A DNA stretch of 64,000 nt from an uncultured archaeon (GTDB lineage Archaea > Thermoproteota > Bathyarchaeia > Bathyarchaeales > Bathycorpusculaceae), in assembly GCA_963782915.1 (NCBI GenBank), contig CAWALK010000011.1:1-64000 (forward strand), written 5' to 3'. Positions 10,769-19,905 of this stretch are shown one piece after another. Position numbers and translations under genes: made by a program. Position 1 is the stretch's first letter; each line of letters begins with the position of its first letter. Below the pieces are notes generated by a model. The model worked only from the letters and a program-made list of their open reading frames with translations, was not told the DNA's origin and did not search any database.

Positions 10769-11269
10769 TTATCCTGTGACGATTACGCTGCCCCACATGC
10801 CTGCTTCAGCATGGCCTGGAATGGGGCAAATGTAGTAGAAGGTTGAGCCGGCATAGTTTGGGGAAAAGATTACGGAGGCTTGCTGGCCTGGCGAGAGCGG
10901 GTTAGTTGAGGAAGCAACTTCAGCGTTGAAGAGTACAGCGGCGCCTGTCTGCGGCATTTCGGTTATTGCAAAAGCATGAGGCATTTTTCCTGCATTGATA
11001 ACTGTTAGGTTGACTACATCGGAGAGATGGAAATTGAGCGTTGGCCCCGGCGAAGTCAATTGATTGGCGGAGTATCCAAACCCCATTTTACCATTCGCTA
11101 ATTCGCCCGCATAGAGTACGATGTTTACGGTAGGAGTGCCGGTGTTTTGGTTTGTTGTTAGTGGTGGCTGGAGATGAAATACAAGCATTGAGATAGCGCC
11201 GACAGAGAAAGCCACGTATAGAACCACAATTAGAATTATGGAAAGGTAGGGTTTGTAGGATTTAGCCAT
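10769..11269 (-). CDS. Membrane-anchored type-1 blue copper protein (sulfocyanin/rusticyanin-like)
   Basis: N-terminal TM; PHAFAI and YYICPIPGHAEAGMWG provide the His, Cys, His, Met ligands. Confidence 0.88.
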   Translation of the reverse strand: MAKSYKPYLSIILIVVLYVAFSVGAISMLVFHLQPPLTTNQNTGTPTVNIVLYAGELANGKMGFGYSANQLTSPGPTLNFHLSDVVNLTVINAGKMPHAFAITEMPQTGAAVLFNAEVASSTNPLSPGQQASVIFSPNYAGSTFYYICPIPGHAEAGMWGSVIVTG

Positions 11270-11272
11270 TGC

Positions 11273-11548
11273 CTACCACATCCCTGTTGCCAGCGAATAA
11301 GCCATAGCGATCCCAAGCATACCTATGCCCACCACTGCAGCTAATGGCAACATAGCAAGTCTCCAAGATTCATAGCGCAGATGCTGATAGTACATGGCTA
11401 TAGTCACAGCTTTACCTGCAGCAATTAAAAGCAAAACCAAAACAATGCCAACAGCTACTGCACCCGCAAGAGTCCGTAGCAGAACCTCCACTACTGTTGC
11501 TGCCACAAGTCCAGCCCAAATTGCTATGTAGAGTTTTATTCCAGCCAA
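11273..11548 (-). CDS. Heme-copper oxidase subunit IV (CtaF/CyoD-like)
   Basis: Three TMs, KAVTIAMYYQHLRYE motif; TTG start at 11548 with GGTGA RBS. Confidence 0.75.
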   Translation of the reverse strand: MAGIKLYIAIWAGLVAATVVEVLLRTLAGAVAVGIVLVLLLIAAGKAVTIAMYYQHLRYESWRLAMLPLAAVVGIGMLGIAMAYSLATGMW

Positions 11549-11556
11549 ATTTTCAC

Positions 11557-12333
11557 CTACAACAAATAGAATAACGTGAAAAGAAACATCCAAACGATAT
11601 CCACAAAATGCCAATACAAACCCACATGCTCCACTCCGGCATGCTTCTCTTTAGTGAATTGTCCTTTGAACGCTCGAAACATCAAGTAACCAATCGCAAC
11701 TAAACCTACTGCAACGTGCATCGCATGCACGCCTGTAAGTGTGTAATATGTGGAGCCGGGTAAGCCGCTGCTTATAGTGAAGCCGCTGGCAATTTCTGAG
11801 GGCCACTCGAAGCCAAGCTTAATGACCAGAAAAGTTAAGCCTAAAGCAAACGTAGTGACCAACGCAGCTTTGGCAGCCCCAGAATTGCCGGCTCTTATGA
11901 AGAAAAGAGCCAAAATCATCGCTAAACTACTTGTCAAAAGAATAATCGTGTTACCCAATCCCAAACCCAAACTGTGAACTTGCAGAGCATCAGGCCAAAA
12001 AGCACTACTAGCACGCACATACCCATAAGAAATCAACAACCCGCCGAAAAGCAGTATCTCTGAGGAGAGAAAAACCCATACGCCGATCTTCTCTTTACTG
12101 AGACCCTCAAGCGGCCACTTCTCAGTTAACCGCTCTGTTAAGTCGGAAAACTTTTCTTTAGAATTATCAGAGAATGCCTTGAAGAGCCCAACTACTAGAA
12201 TTACTAAACCCGCTATGGCAATGGGAATAAAAATGGAAATACCCAGCATGAGCAGGGAAACGCCAAGAGCGATGACTATGGGCACAAACGTTGATTTGCC
12301 CTCTTTAGATCCCGCCACATCGTCCTGGGTCAT
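11557..12333 (-). CDS. coxC: Heme-copper oxidase subunit III
   Basis: GVWVFLSSEILLFG, NTIILLTSS, YYTLTGVHAMHV, GLYWHFVDIVWMFLF. Confidence 0.92.
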   Translation of the reverse strand: MTQDDVAGSKEGKSTFVPIVIALGVSLLMLGISIFIPIAIAGLVILVVGLFKAFSDNSKEKFSDLTERLTEKWPLEGLSKEKIGVWVFLSSEILLFGGLLISYGYVRASSAFWPDALQVHSLGLGLGNTIILLTSSLAMILALFFIRAGNSGAAKAALVTTFALGLTFLVIKLGFEWPSEIASGFTISSGLPGSTYYTLTGVHAMHVAVGLVAIGYLMFRAFKGQFTKEKHAGVEHVGLYWHFVDIVWMFLFTLFYLL

Positions 12334-13922
12334 TTTTGTTCCTCCGCTATTGATTCTTGTGGTCCATGTTGTTCTTGCTTCTCAGCGGCTGCAACCGTTT
12401 CCGGTATGTGAGCGGGGTTTCCACTGTAGTTACCTGTCCATTCTAGTTCCTTAGAGCCCCATGGATTTGGTGTTGAAGGCTCATTTTTTATGTAAGAATA
12501 AACCAAGTTTAGAACAGCAAGTGCGGCTGCTGCTCCGAAAAGATAAGCCCCGATTGTCGCAGTAAAGTTGATCCCTGCTAAACCGCTGGTTATGGAGTAC
12601 GTTGAGATTCTTCGAGGCATATCAATTAGGAAGAAGTATGGGAAAAAGAGCCAATTGAAGCCAATTACCGATGCGATAAAGCTGATGATGCCGATTTTTT
12701 CGTTGTATTTTCGGCCGGTGATTTTTGGCCACCAATAGTATAATCCTGCTAGTAGACCAAACAGGGTTGTTCCAGCCATCACATAGTGAAAGTGACCCAC
12801 AATCCAGTAAGTTCCCCTAAAAGTGTAATCCAAAACAGGAAAAGCTTGCAAGACACCTGTGACGCCGCCTAAGGTTACAGTGAAGATTGCAAGCAAACAG
12901 AACAGGTAGGGAGTCAGGATTGTTATGCTGCTCTTGCGAAGTGAAATAACCAGTTGGATAACTAGACCTTCGAAAGGAATGGATATCGCCAGCGTGGTAA
13001 TCGAAAACGTTTGAAGCAAATCGTAGTTTACGCCAGTTGTGAACATATGGTGTACCCAAACTCCGACGCTCAGCAAGGTTACCAACGCCATTTCGATGAG
13101 GAAAATTGTTCGGGCAAATAAGGGTCGCTTTGTAAAAGTCATGAAAACTTCAGCGATAATACCAAGCACTGGAAGCACCAAGATGTAAACCTCGGGATGC
13201 CCAAAGAACCAGAACAGTTGATCCCACAATATACTTCCCCCCTGAGTTGAACTAAAGAAAACCGTTCCGAGCAACCTATCGGATGCCAACAAGAACATGC
13301 CAGCAGCGAGGGGTGGAAACGCAAAGAGCATTAAAAAATTGGTCATAAGCATGGACCACGAAAAAATAGGCAACCTCCGCCATGTGACACCTTGAGTGCG
13401 AGTGCGAATTATAGTTGTGATAAAGTTAACTGAAGACATTGTTACAGAGATAGCAAGCATTGCAATTGCGAATACGGCAAGAGTAGCGCCTAGTTGAGGT
13501 GTAAATTGGATAGTGTTAAGGGGGGCATAGAATGTCCAGCCTGTGTTGGGGCCGCCGCCGGGAAGAAAAACTGAACTCAGTAAAAGAATTCCACTGAAGG
13601 CAAAAATGAAAAAGCTCAGAGCATTTAGCCGTGGAAACGCCATGTCTTTTGCGCCGATTTGTAGAGGAACCATATAGTTTGCTACGCCCACAGCGAGAGG
13701 AGACAAAACCCAAAGAATCATTAAAAGACCATGCAGCGTGACGGTTTGTTCATAAGCAAAGGGGTTAAGCAATGTATTACCTGGCATTGCTAACTGTGTT
13801 CTCATCAAGAGACCGAATGAGCCGGCTGTAGCCAAAAAAGCGATGGCGGTTACGATGTAGAGTATGCCTATGCGTTTGTGGTTGGTTGTTGAGAGCCAGT
13901 CTTTGAGGGAATATTTGTCTAT
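12330..13922 (-). CDS. coxA: Heme-copper oxidase subunit I, A1-type signature; true start upstream of the ORF-track start (ATA at 13922)
   Basis: WLSTTNHKRIGILY upstream of 13835 in frame; TLHG, KDMAFPRLN, GWTFYAPL, WFFGHPEVY, WVHHMFT, GHFHYV, MPRR. Confidence 0.95.
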   Translation of the reverse strand: MDKYSLKDWLSTTNHKRIGILYIVTAIAFLATAGSFGLLMRTQLAMPGNTLLNPFAYEQTVTLHGLLMILWVLSPLAVGVANYMVPLQIGAKDMAFPRLNALSFFIFAFSGILLLSSVFLPGGGPNTGWTFYAPLNTIQFTPQLGATLAVFAIAMLAISVTMSSVNFITTIIRTRTQGVTWRRLPIFSWSMLMTNFLMLFAFPPLAAGMFLLASDRLLGTVFFSSTQGGSILWDQLFWFFGHPEVYILVLPVLGIIAEVFMTFTKRPLFARTIFLIEMALVTLLSVGVWVHHMFTTGVNYDLLQTFSITTLAISIPFEGLVIQLVISLRKSSITILTPYLFCLLAIFTVTLGGVTGVLQAFPVLDYTFRGTYWIVGHFHYVMAGTTLFGLLAGLYYWWPKITGRKYNEKIGIISFIASVIGFNWLFFPYFFLIDMPRRISTYSITSGLAGINFTATIGAYLFGAAAALAVLNLVYSYIKNEPSTPNPWGSKELEWTGNYSGNPAHIPETVAAAEKQEQHGPQESIAEEQK

Positions 13923-13926
13923 CTAC

Positions 13927-14583
13927 TTAGCCTCCTGAAGTCGCTGTTTGGTTTGATAGGAATTGGTTGTAGGCGGTTTGGTTCATTACATTCATTGTTG
14001 CGATCATGTAGGTGTGGCCGACGCCGCAGAGTTCTTTGCAGAGTATCCTGTATGATACCTGTGAGTTGCCGTCTAGCTGAGGCGTTGATATCCAGATGGC
14101 GTTGTTTCGTCCGGGTATGGCGTCGATGCTTACGCGGAAGTCTGGGAGGTAAAAGTTATGCATGACATCGGTGCTTGTCACGTTGAAGAGGATTGTTGTG
14201 TTTTCGGGGAGGTTGAGGATGCCTGTTGAGTTTCTTCCGTTTGGATAAACGAAAGTGAAGCCCCATTGGTAAGCTATGACTTGGATTTCTGTACTGGGTG
14301 TTGTGGGTAAGAAACGGGCGTTTGGGGTAAGTGTGAATGATAGTACACTCATGGTAAAGAGAATCGCGATAGAGATTGAAGCAAAAATTACTGCATCTCT
14401 TGCACGACTTACATGCAGACCCCTTTCAGGGATAAATCTTGTTTTGCCCTTCCGTTCCCGATAAACTATAGTAAAAATAATCATAGCACCCACAGTGATA
14501 GCAACCGCTATTACCGCTGTGTAACCGGCAACATTGAAGAAACGCGTCCAGTCGATAGCTGTAGGAGGAATTGGTGGAGCCAT
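13927..14583 (-). CDS. coxB: Heme-copper oxidase subunit II with CuA centre
   Basis: Two TMs, AYQWGF, DVMHNF, DAIPG, CKELCGVGHTYM CuA motif; no CxxCH heme c motif. Confidence 0.93.
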   Translation of the reverse strand: MAPPIPPTAIDWTRFFNVAGYTAVIAVAITVGAMIIFTIVYRERKGKTRFIPERGLHVSRARDAVIFASISIAILFTMSVLSFTLTPNARFLPTTPSTEIQVIAYQWGFTFVYPNGRNSTGILNLPENTTILFNVTSTDVMHNFYLPDFRVSIDAIPGRNNAIWISTPQLDGNSQVSYRILCKELCGVGHTYMIATMNVMNQTAYNQFLSNQTATSGG

Positions 14584-14779
14584 TCTACCATCAACAAAAA
14601 ATTTTAAGTAATTGGGGGTAAAATTACTGTCGAACCTACTTGCAATTACTAACAGAGAATACTAATTAGCGGCGGTTTAAACAATTGTGGCTAGGCTGTA
14701 GCAATCACAAATAACGTATGACTACCTAACCAACCACTTTGCTCAATACTAAAAAATAAAAAGCCTAAAAAAGAAAAAA

Positions 14780-15250
14780 TTAATTGACGGTTACTGTTCC
14801 CCACATTCCTAAACTAACGTGGCCGTCAACTTGGCAGATGTAGTAGTAGCTTCCTGCGTTGCCTACCGTGAAAGTTACTGATTGAGTGCTCCCCGCTGCG
14901 ACTGGGCTGCTTGCTGAACCTATTTGGGCTCCGCTGAACCCTAGGTTTGTGCTGCCATCGACTTTGTCGGTTGTGATTGCCCAGTTATGCGACATCGTAC
15001 CTACGTTGTGGAGGGTTACTGTGACTGTTTGGCCGTGTGTTAGAACCATTTGGGGTCCAGGCGATCCGATGTTGCTGCTGCTTGATCCGAAGCCGTATTC
15101 ACCCGCGTAGATGTCGATGTTTGTTCCAGTGAGCGTGCCTCCTCCTCCACCTCCGCCGCCTGGATTCATAAATACAAAGACTAGAACGCCTGCTACTATT
15201 ATGGCGATAACTACTACCGCTATTATGACATAGATTGACCTGTTAGCCAT
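14780..15250 (-). CDS. Second membrane-anchored type-1 blue copper protein
   Basis: TM, poly-Gly linker, SHNWAI, YYICQVDGHVSLGMWG; paralogue of 10769..11269. Confidence 0.88.
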   Translation of the reverse strand: MANRSIYVIIAVVVIAIIVAGVLVFVFMNPGGGGGGGGTLTGTNIDIYAGEYGFGSSSSNIGSPGPQMVLTHGQTVTVTLHNVGTMSHNWAITTDKVDGSTNLGFSGAQIGSASSPVAAGSTQSVTFTVGNAGSYYYICQVDGHVSLGMWGTVTVN

Positions 15251-15511
15251 ATTTTTATCTCCAAAAAACGTTAACTATCAATTAGGCGGCTTTTTGTTTA
15301 AAGTTGTGTTGGTTATGCTTGCACAGTCACAACTTCAACGTTTAGGTAAGGAGTGCTGAACTGGCACCACATGCAAGCATCTATAGAATAGACAGAATCA
15401 AAATGATATGTACAAAGGAAATAGAAGCAGAAAATTTGAAAAACACAGTAAAAAGCGGACTAAAAGAGCGCATGGTTATGTCGAGCGGCTAGACTACCAA
15501 ACCAGGGATAT

Positions 15512-15955
15512 TTAGCTGGGCATTGTATAATAAACGACTGCACCTATAATTATGCTTATTAACCAAAGCACAACTGTGGCTCGCATATATTTCCTGGTAG
15601 ACTTCGGTAAGTCATTAAAAAGGTACATTACAGTTAAAATCGCAGCCGGAGCACCAACAATAGCGTGAATAATCTGCAGGATTGAAAATCCGGACAAGAA
15701 ATCAACGCCGTCCGTGGTATAATAAATGTACATAGATGGAAACATTACTAAAAAAATAGATGCTAAACTAAGAATTATAGCGCCGCTCATAGTCCACCGG
15801 TGAAGATGAAAAAACTCTCTCGTTTTCATTCTACCATAAATTATTCCCAAGATGCCTAAACCAAGAGCAACGAACATTATTGCGATAGATTCTTGCACAA
15901 GAAACGAGTTCATATAGTTAGAAATACCCATATTCATGCTCATAAAAAAGCCCAA
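15512..15955 (-). CDS. DUF420/CtaM-like membrane protein
   Basis: Four TMs with HRWTM, IIHAIVG and LWLISIIIGAVVY pattern; position next to the oxidase operon. Confidence 0.6.
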   Translation of the reverse strand: MGFFMSMNMGISNYMNSFLVQESIAIMFVALGLGILGIIYGRMKTREFFHLHRWTMSGAIILSLASIFLVMFPSMYIYYTTDGVDFLSGFSILQIIHAIVGAPAAILTVMYLFNDLPKSTRKYMRATVVLWLISIIIGAVVYYTMPS

Positions 15956-16060
15956 ATAACTAGTTGGATTCTTAATATTTGGTTGTTTGTTATTGTACAG
16001 GGGTTGTTACAAAAAGCATTTAGCGGCTCTCTCCTCTATTTAGCGCGAATATAGGTGATG

Positions 16061-17617
16061 TTATTTTTTATGGAACTTGGGAATATCCTTAGACAGTAAC
16101 AACTCATCAATCCTAAGCATCAACGACGACACCTCAGAAGCCCGTCTAAGCACAGAACGTTTAACTATAAGCGGTTCCAAACAAACCGAGTCGGCGCAGC
16201 TATCTTCGCAGACACCAACGCCTAAGTCACCCTCGGCATGTCGCCTTCTCAATTCAATAAGTGTGTCAGTTGCGTTTAAGCCATAATTCTCCGCCAGACA
16301 CCGTGGAATATCCATCAATGCCCTCGCATACGCATCAATAACTACTTGCTCGCGGTTGTCAAAGGATTTAGCATAACCATGCAGTTCTTGTGCGAGCTGC
16401 GCTTCGGCTGCTCCACCGCCCTCAAGAACCATGTTTTCTTCAGCGAGGTTTTTAAGGGTTATAAAGCTGTTTTTAATGGCAACCTCCAGTTCGTCAATGG
16501 CTTGGGGGATGTTGCCTCTTAGCAGAAAAGTTGCGCCTCTACAACCACTCAGGGTTATGGTGTTTTCAAGTTCTATTTTGTCCGTAGAGAGTTCCTCTGC
16601 GGCACCGATATCTTCGCCTGTGAGTTCCTTCAAGTTTCCTACTATTTTAGCACCTGTGGCTTGTGCGACGGCTTGAAGATCCGCTTGGTCTACGCGTTCA
16701 AGCGCAAAAACTCCGTTTGTAATAAGCAGGGTTTTCTGGTATTCTTCGATGGGTTGCTGGCAAAGCACTACGTTAACTCCTAAAGCCGTCAGTTTATGTA
16801 TGAAATCGGTTTTGAGTTTGACTTCAACGTCTCTATACTGCTGAATTTGGTCAGCACTGTTAATGTTTAATCTTATTGGCGTTGGCCCTTCACCCCTCAT
16901 TTTAAGCTCTAAGCGGTCAAGCCCCAGTCGCTCGCCTGTGAGAACTATCCGCAGATTCTTCAGGGTATCAGGCATATTGGAATGTGCTTTGAACTTCTTG
17001 AGGACAATACCATGAATTAAGATTGACTCGTCTATGATGCCGCCGTTTCTGCGCAGGAAACGGATGTTTTCAATATTAAATCTGCCATCGGAGAACGCCA
17101 GAGGGTATGAATCTTGGATCATGGAGCGGATTTTTGGGGTTAAGAGGTTCCTTTTGCAGTCAACCGTATCCAAAATATCGACGTTGGGGGGTATGGGAGT
17201 TGCTTGTTTTTCGAGGATTTCCAGTGCCTTCTCCGTTGCTAGATGGTAGCCATGGATTATGGTGTTGGCATGGATTTTCATGTCCATGAGGGCGTCGGCT
17301 TGCTTTAGCAGTGCCGAGATGAAAACAGCGAATGTTGCTGTGCCGTCGCCTGCTTCTTGGCGCTGCATCTTCGCTGATTCCGCGATAATAACTGCTGGTG
17401 GATACTGAATTGCTAATTCATCCAGGACTGCTACGGCGTCTTTGGTGACTTTTATGACTTTTTCAGGTCCCTTATTGTATGTTACGAGTTTGTAGGCGCC
17501 TTTTGGTCCAAGGGTGCTTCGGATTTTGTCTGCTGCATAGACGGCTGAGTGGAGGTTTTGCCGCCAAGCGTCTTTTCCGTTTAGGCGTTGATAATGGGGT
17601 GAAATGATTTGTTCCAT
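16061..17617 (-). CDS. Divergent group II chaperonin (thermosome/TCP-1 family)
   Basis: STLGPKG, GDGTAT, GGGAAE, LAENYGLN, LRIDELL. Confidence 0.88.
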   Translation of the reverse strand: MEQIISPHYQRLNGKDAWRQNLHSAVYAADKIRSTLGPKGAYKLVTYNKGPEKVIKVTKDAVAVLDELAIQYPPAVIIAESAKMQRQEAGDGTATFAVFISALLKQADALMDMKIHANTIIHGYHLATEKALEILEKQATPIPPNVDILDTVDCKRNLLTPKIRSMIQDSYPLAFSDGRFNIENIRFLRRNGGIIDESILIHGIVLKKFKAHSNMPDTLKNLRIVLTGERLGLDRLELKMRGEGPTPIRLNINSADQIQQYRDVEVKLKTDFIHKLTALGVNVVLCQQPIEEYQKTLLITNGVFALERVDQADLQAVAQATGAKIVGNLKELTGEDIGAAEELSTDKIELENTITLSGCRGATFLLRGNIPQAIDELEVAIKNSFITLKNLAEENMVLEGGGAAEAQLAQELHGYAKSFDNREQVVIDAYARALMDIPRCLAENYGLNATDTLIELRRRHAEGDLGVGVCEDSCADSVCLEPLIVKRSVLRRASEVSSLMLRIDELLLSKDIPKFHKK

Positions 17618-17743
17618 GAAGATCCTTCAAAAGGGGAAGCTTATCTGTGCATACTTGCTTGGGGTTTTGGGGTTCATAAAAGTAAGTGGTTGCACTATGC
17701 CACCCACAGACAACCCGTCTAGCAGAAGTGTAAAGTCGCTTGG

Positions 17744-18190
17744 TTATATGCCCTCGGTTTCTATCCAACTCAAACTCTTAAGATCCACAACCCGCTTATC
17801 AATCAACTTAGAGAGCTCTTCACGAAGTTGTTCCCCAGAAATATTGGTTGCTATAAAACATAACTTGTTAGCGAAATCTCTATCACCCAAAACACCCTCT
17901 ATCCAGCGCTGGAAATCGCCCCGGTAATAATGATAGACAACCGATTCGACATCAACAATTTTTAGTTTAGCCGCAAAATCTTCCAGACTGGTCGCTGTTA
18001 AACCAATGTAGATGCCGTGTTCAGTCATAAAATGGAAACCCTGCTCCGCAGGTACAACACGCAGAATAGTTGAAGGGTCTTTTTCCTGTTCGTTCGAGTT
18101 TTCTGGTTGTTGATTCAACAAAATAAGCCGCTCCATCAATACTGAATTCGCCGTTGGATATAGCCGCTTGTGGTAGTTATGAAATAACAA
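17744..18190 (-). CDS. DUF5752-like hypothetical protein (start probably downstream of 18190)
   Basis: GFHF...G.YIGLTATSLEDF...SV.YHYYRGDFQRWI..VLGD pattern. Confidence 0.65.
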   Translation of the reverse strand: MLFHNYHKRLYPTANSVLMERLILLNQQPENSNEQEKDPSTILRVVPAEQGFHFMTEHGIYIGLTATSLEDFAAKLKIVDVESVVYHYYRGDFQRWIEGVLGDRDFANKLCFIATNISGEQLREELSKLIDKRVVDLKSLSWIETEGI

Positions 18191-18208
18191 AAAGTCGTTA
18201 CAGCATAT

Positions 18209-18679
18209 TTATTGGCGCTGTTTTAGTTGGGCAGCTATTGTTTTTCCGAATTCAATTGCCTTTGATAGTTCGCCGTCTACTAAGGGGCCATTCACGCCTT
18301 TCACCCTAATTGAAAGACCGGGCGCTATCTGGGTTAGATTGGGCAGCTGTTCTTTTATGTGCTTCTCAAGTTTCTTCATTGCTTTCTGATAATATCTTTG
18401 TCTTTGAAAATAAGTATCAAATGCGGCAAACCATTTTGCACTAAGAGAAGCATCTGTGAGTGAATTAACAAATCGAGTTATGGTTCTCGAGGGTTTGCCC
18501 ATATGGTTCGGCGCACCTATAATCAAAACATCATAACTGGCTAAGTCTTGGGGGGAAACCTCTTTAGCGTATCCGATTGCTACTTCGATGTCATCGGTTT
18601 GCTTTAGGCCGTCTAAGATGTTTTCTGCGACCTGTTTGGTGTTGCCGTATTTTGAGTCATAGACTACAAAGGCTTTCAT
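18209..18679 (-). CDS. Flavodoxin-family protein
   Basis: VVYDSKYGNTKQVAE and IIGAPNH motifs; ATG at 18679. Confidence 0.88.
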   Translation of the reverse strand: MKAFVVYDSKYGNTKQVAENILDGLKQTDDIEVAIGYAKEVSPQDLASYDVLIIGAPNHMGKPSRTITRFVNSLTDASLSAKWFAAFDTYFQRQRYYQKAMKKLEKHIKEQLPNLTQIAPGLSIRVKGVNGPLVDGELSKAIEFGKTIAAQLKQRQ

Positions 18680-18696
18680 TGAGGGCACCGGTTTGG

Positions 18697-19053
18697 TTAT
18701 GCTTGTTTGTCGAGTGTTGGGGGTTTTCGTCGTGCATCCCAAGCATGATGCAACGCCAAGTCAGGATGGTAAATCAGAAGTCGCGGACCGGAATAACGCA
18801 TGACCTTTCTGACCTGCAATTTCATGTCTGGTTTATAGCAGTGGATTGTGCATTTGCCGCAGGTTGTTTTTTTGTCTTGGAAGGGACATTTGGCTAGGCG
18901 CATTAGGGCGTATTCTTGGAATTGTTGGCATTCGGGGCATAATTCGCCGTGTGTGTCGTGGTGGCCTTTGCAGTAGACGTGAGTCATGATTTCGATGGTT
19001 TGTCTTTCGCGTTTCATTCTTTTGTGTTCGGGGTTTGGCGGTTGTGGTTTCAT
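18697..19053 (-). CDS. YgbA / nitrous oxide-stimulated promoter family Cys-rich protein
   Basis: REKQTI-like start, YCKGHH, LCPEC, RL.KCPF, CGKCTIHCYKP, VMRYSGPRLL. Confidence 0.85.
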   Translation of the reverse strand: MKPQPPNPEHKRMKRERQTIEIMTHVYCKGHHDTHGELCPECQQFQEYALMRLAKCPFQDKKTTCGKCTIHCYKPDMKLQVRKVMRYSGPRLLIYHPDLALHHAWDARRKPPTLDKQA

Positions 19054-19144
19054 GTTAATCGGCTTGCATAAGAGGGTGCGCTATTCACATAAGGGTTTAC
19101 CCTTAGCTTTACGGGTTTTCAAACAGAAGAGTCTAACTAACCGT

Positions 19145-19741
19145 TTACTTTATCGACACAAAACTGTTTCCTCTAATGTAGAACCGCCAGGGCTTATCCT
19201 TCCAGTCACCCGCATAATCAACACCTATACGGGTCGCCTCAACAATAGCCTCTCTGGAAATGGGTTCTGCGTCTTTGATGTAGAAGGGTGGAGCAGTCAA
19301 GTCCTGCTTATGCTGGGCTTTTGTTATACCCATAGCCATGCACAGTCTGCCAGGACCATTCGTCAAGTTAGAAACCTTTCCAGTAACAACACCTCGGCGT
19401 TTTTCCATAATCTCTCGCCCTTCAACTGGTTCCAGAGCACGAATGAGCACTGCCTCAGGTTTTCCCGGCGTTTCCCCCGAGGTAACGTTAACACAGTTGT
19501 ACAAGCCATAGATGAGATAGACATAGGCGTGCCCTTTTTCCCCGTACATCACGTCGTTTCTTGGGGTTCGGCGTCCACCAAAACTGTGCGCTGCACGATC
19601 CTCTGGTCCACTATAGGCTTCCACTTCAACTATTCTGCCCGCCGTCGTGCCCTCTGGTGATTCATGTACCAAAATTTTCCCAAGAAGCGCTCTGGAGACC
19701 TCTAAAATGTTTTGTTGGTAGAAGGGCCGTTGCAGAATCAT
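19145..19741 (-). CDS. DNA-3-methyladenine glycosylase (MPG/AAG family)
   Basis: GRIVEVEAY, AYVYLIYG, AVLIRALEP, NGPGRLC, RIGV, PWRFY. Confidence 0.92.
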   Translation of the reverse strand: MILQRPFYQQNILEVSRALLGKILVHESPEGTTAGRIVEVEAYSGPEDRAAHSFGGRRTPRNDVMYGEKGHAYVYLIYGLYNCVNVTSGETPGKPEAVLIRALEPVEGREIMEKRRGVVTGKVSNLTNGPGRLCMAMGITKAQHKQDLTAPPFYIKDAEPISREAIVEATRIGVDYAGDWKDKPWRFYIRGNSFVSIK

Positions 19742-19905
19742 GGTTTTTGATAAGCTTTATCGGACAAATAAGCTTACCCACCCAAAACAAGCCTTGCAGA
19801 TCCGAATCAAACAGTAAGCGCTAAAGAGTACCAAGACGTAACTCTGCCGATATTCTAAAGAAGAAGACCGCAAATAATATTCTTGAGGACTTTTCAACGG
19901 ATTCA

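Noticed and set aside
18986-19660. 224-aa plus-strand ORF and many other antisense ORFs in the track (e.g. 42590..43081, 47355..47885)
   Set aside because: They are antisense shadows of well-supported genes, with no motifs
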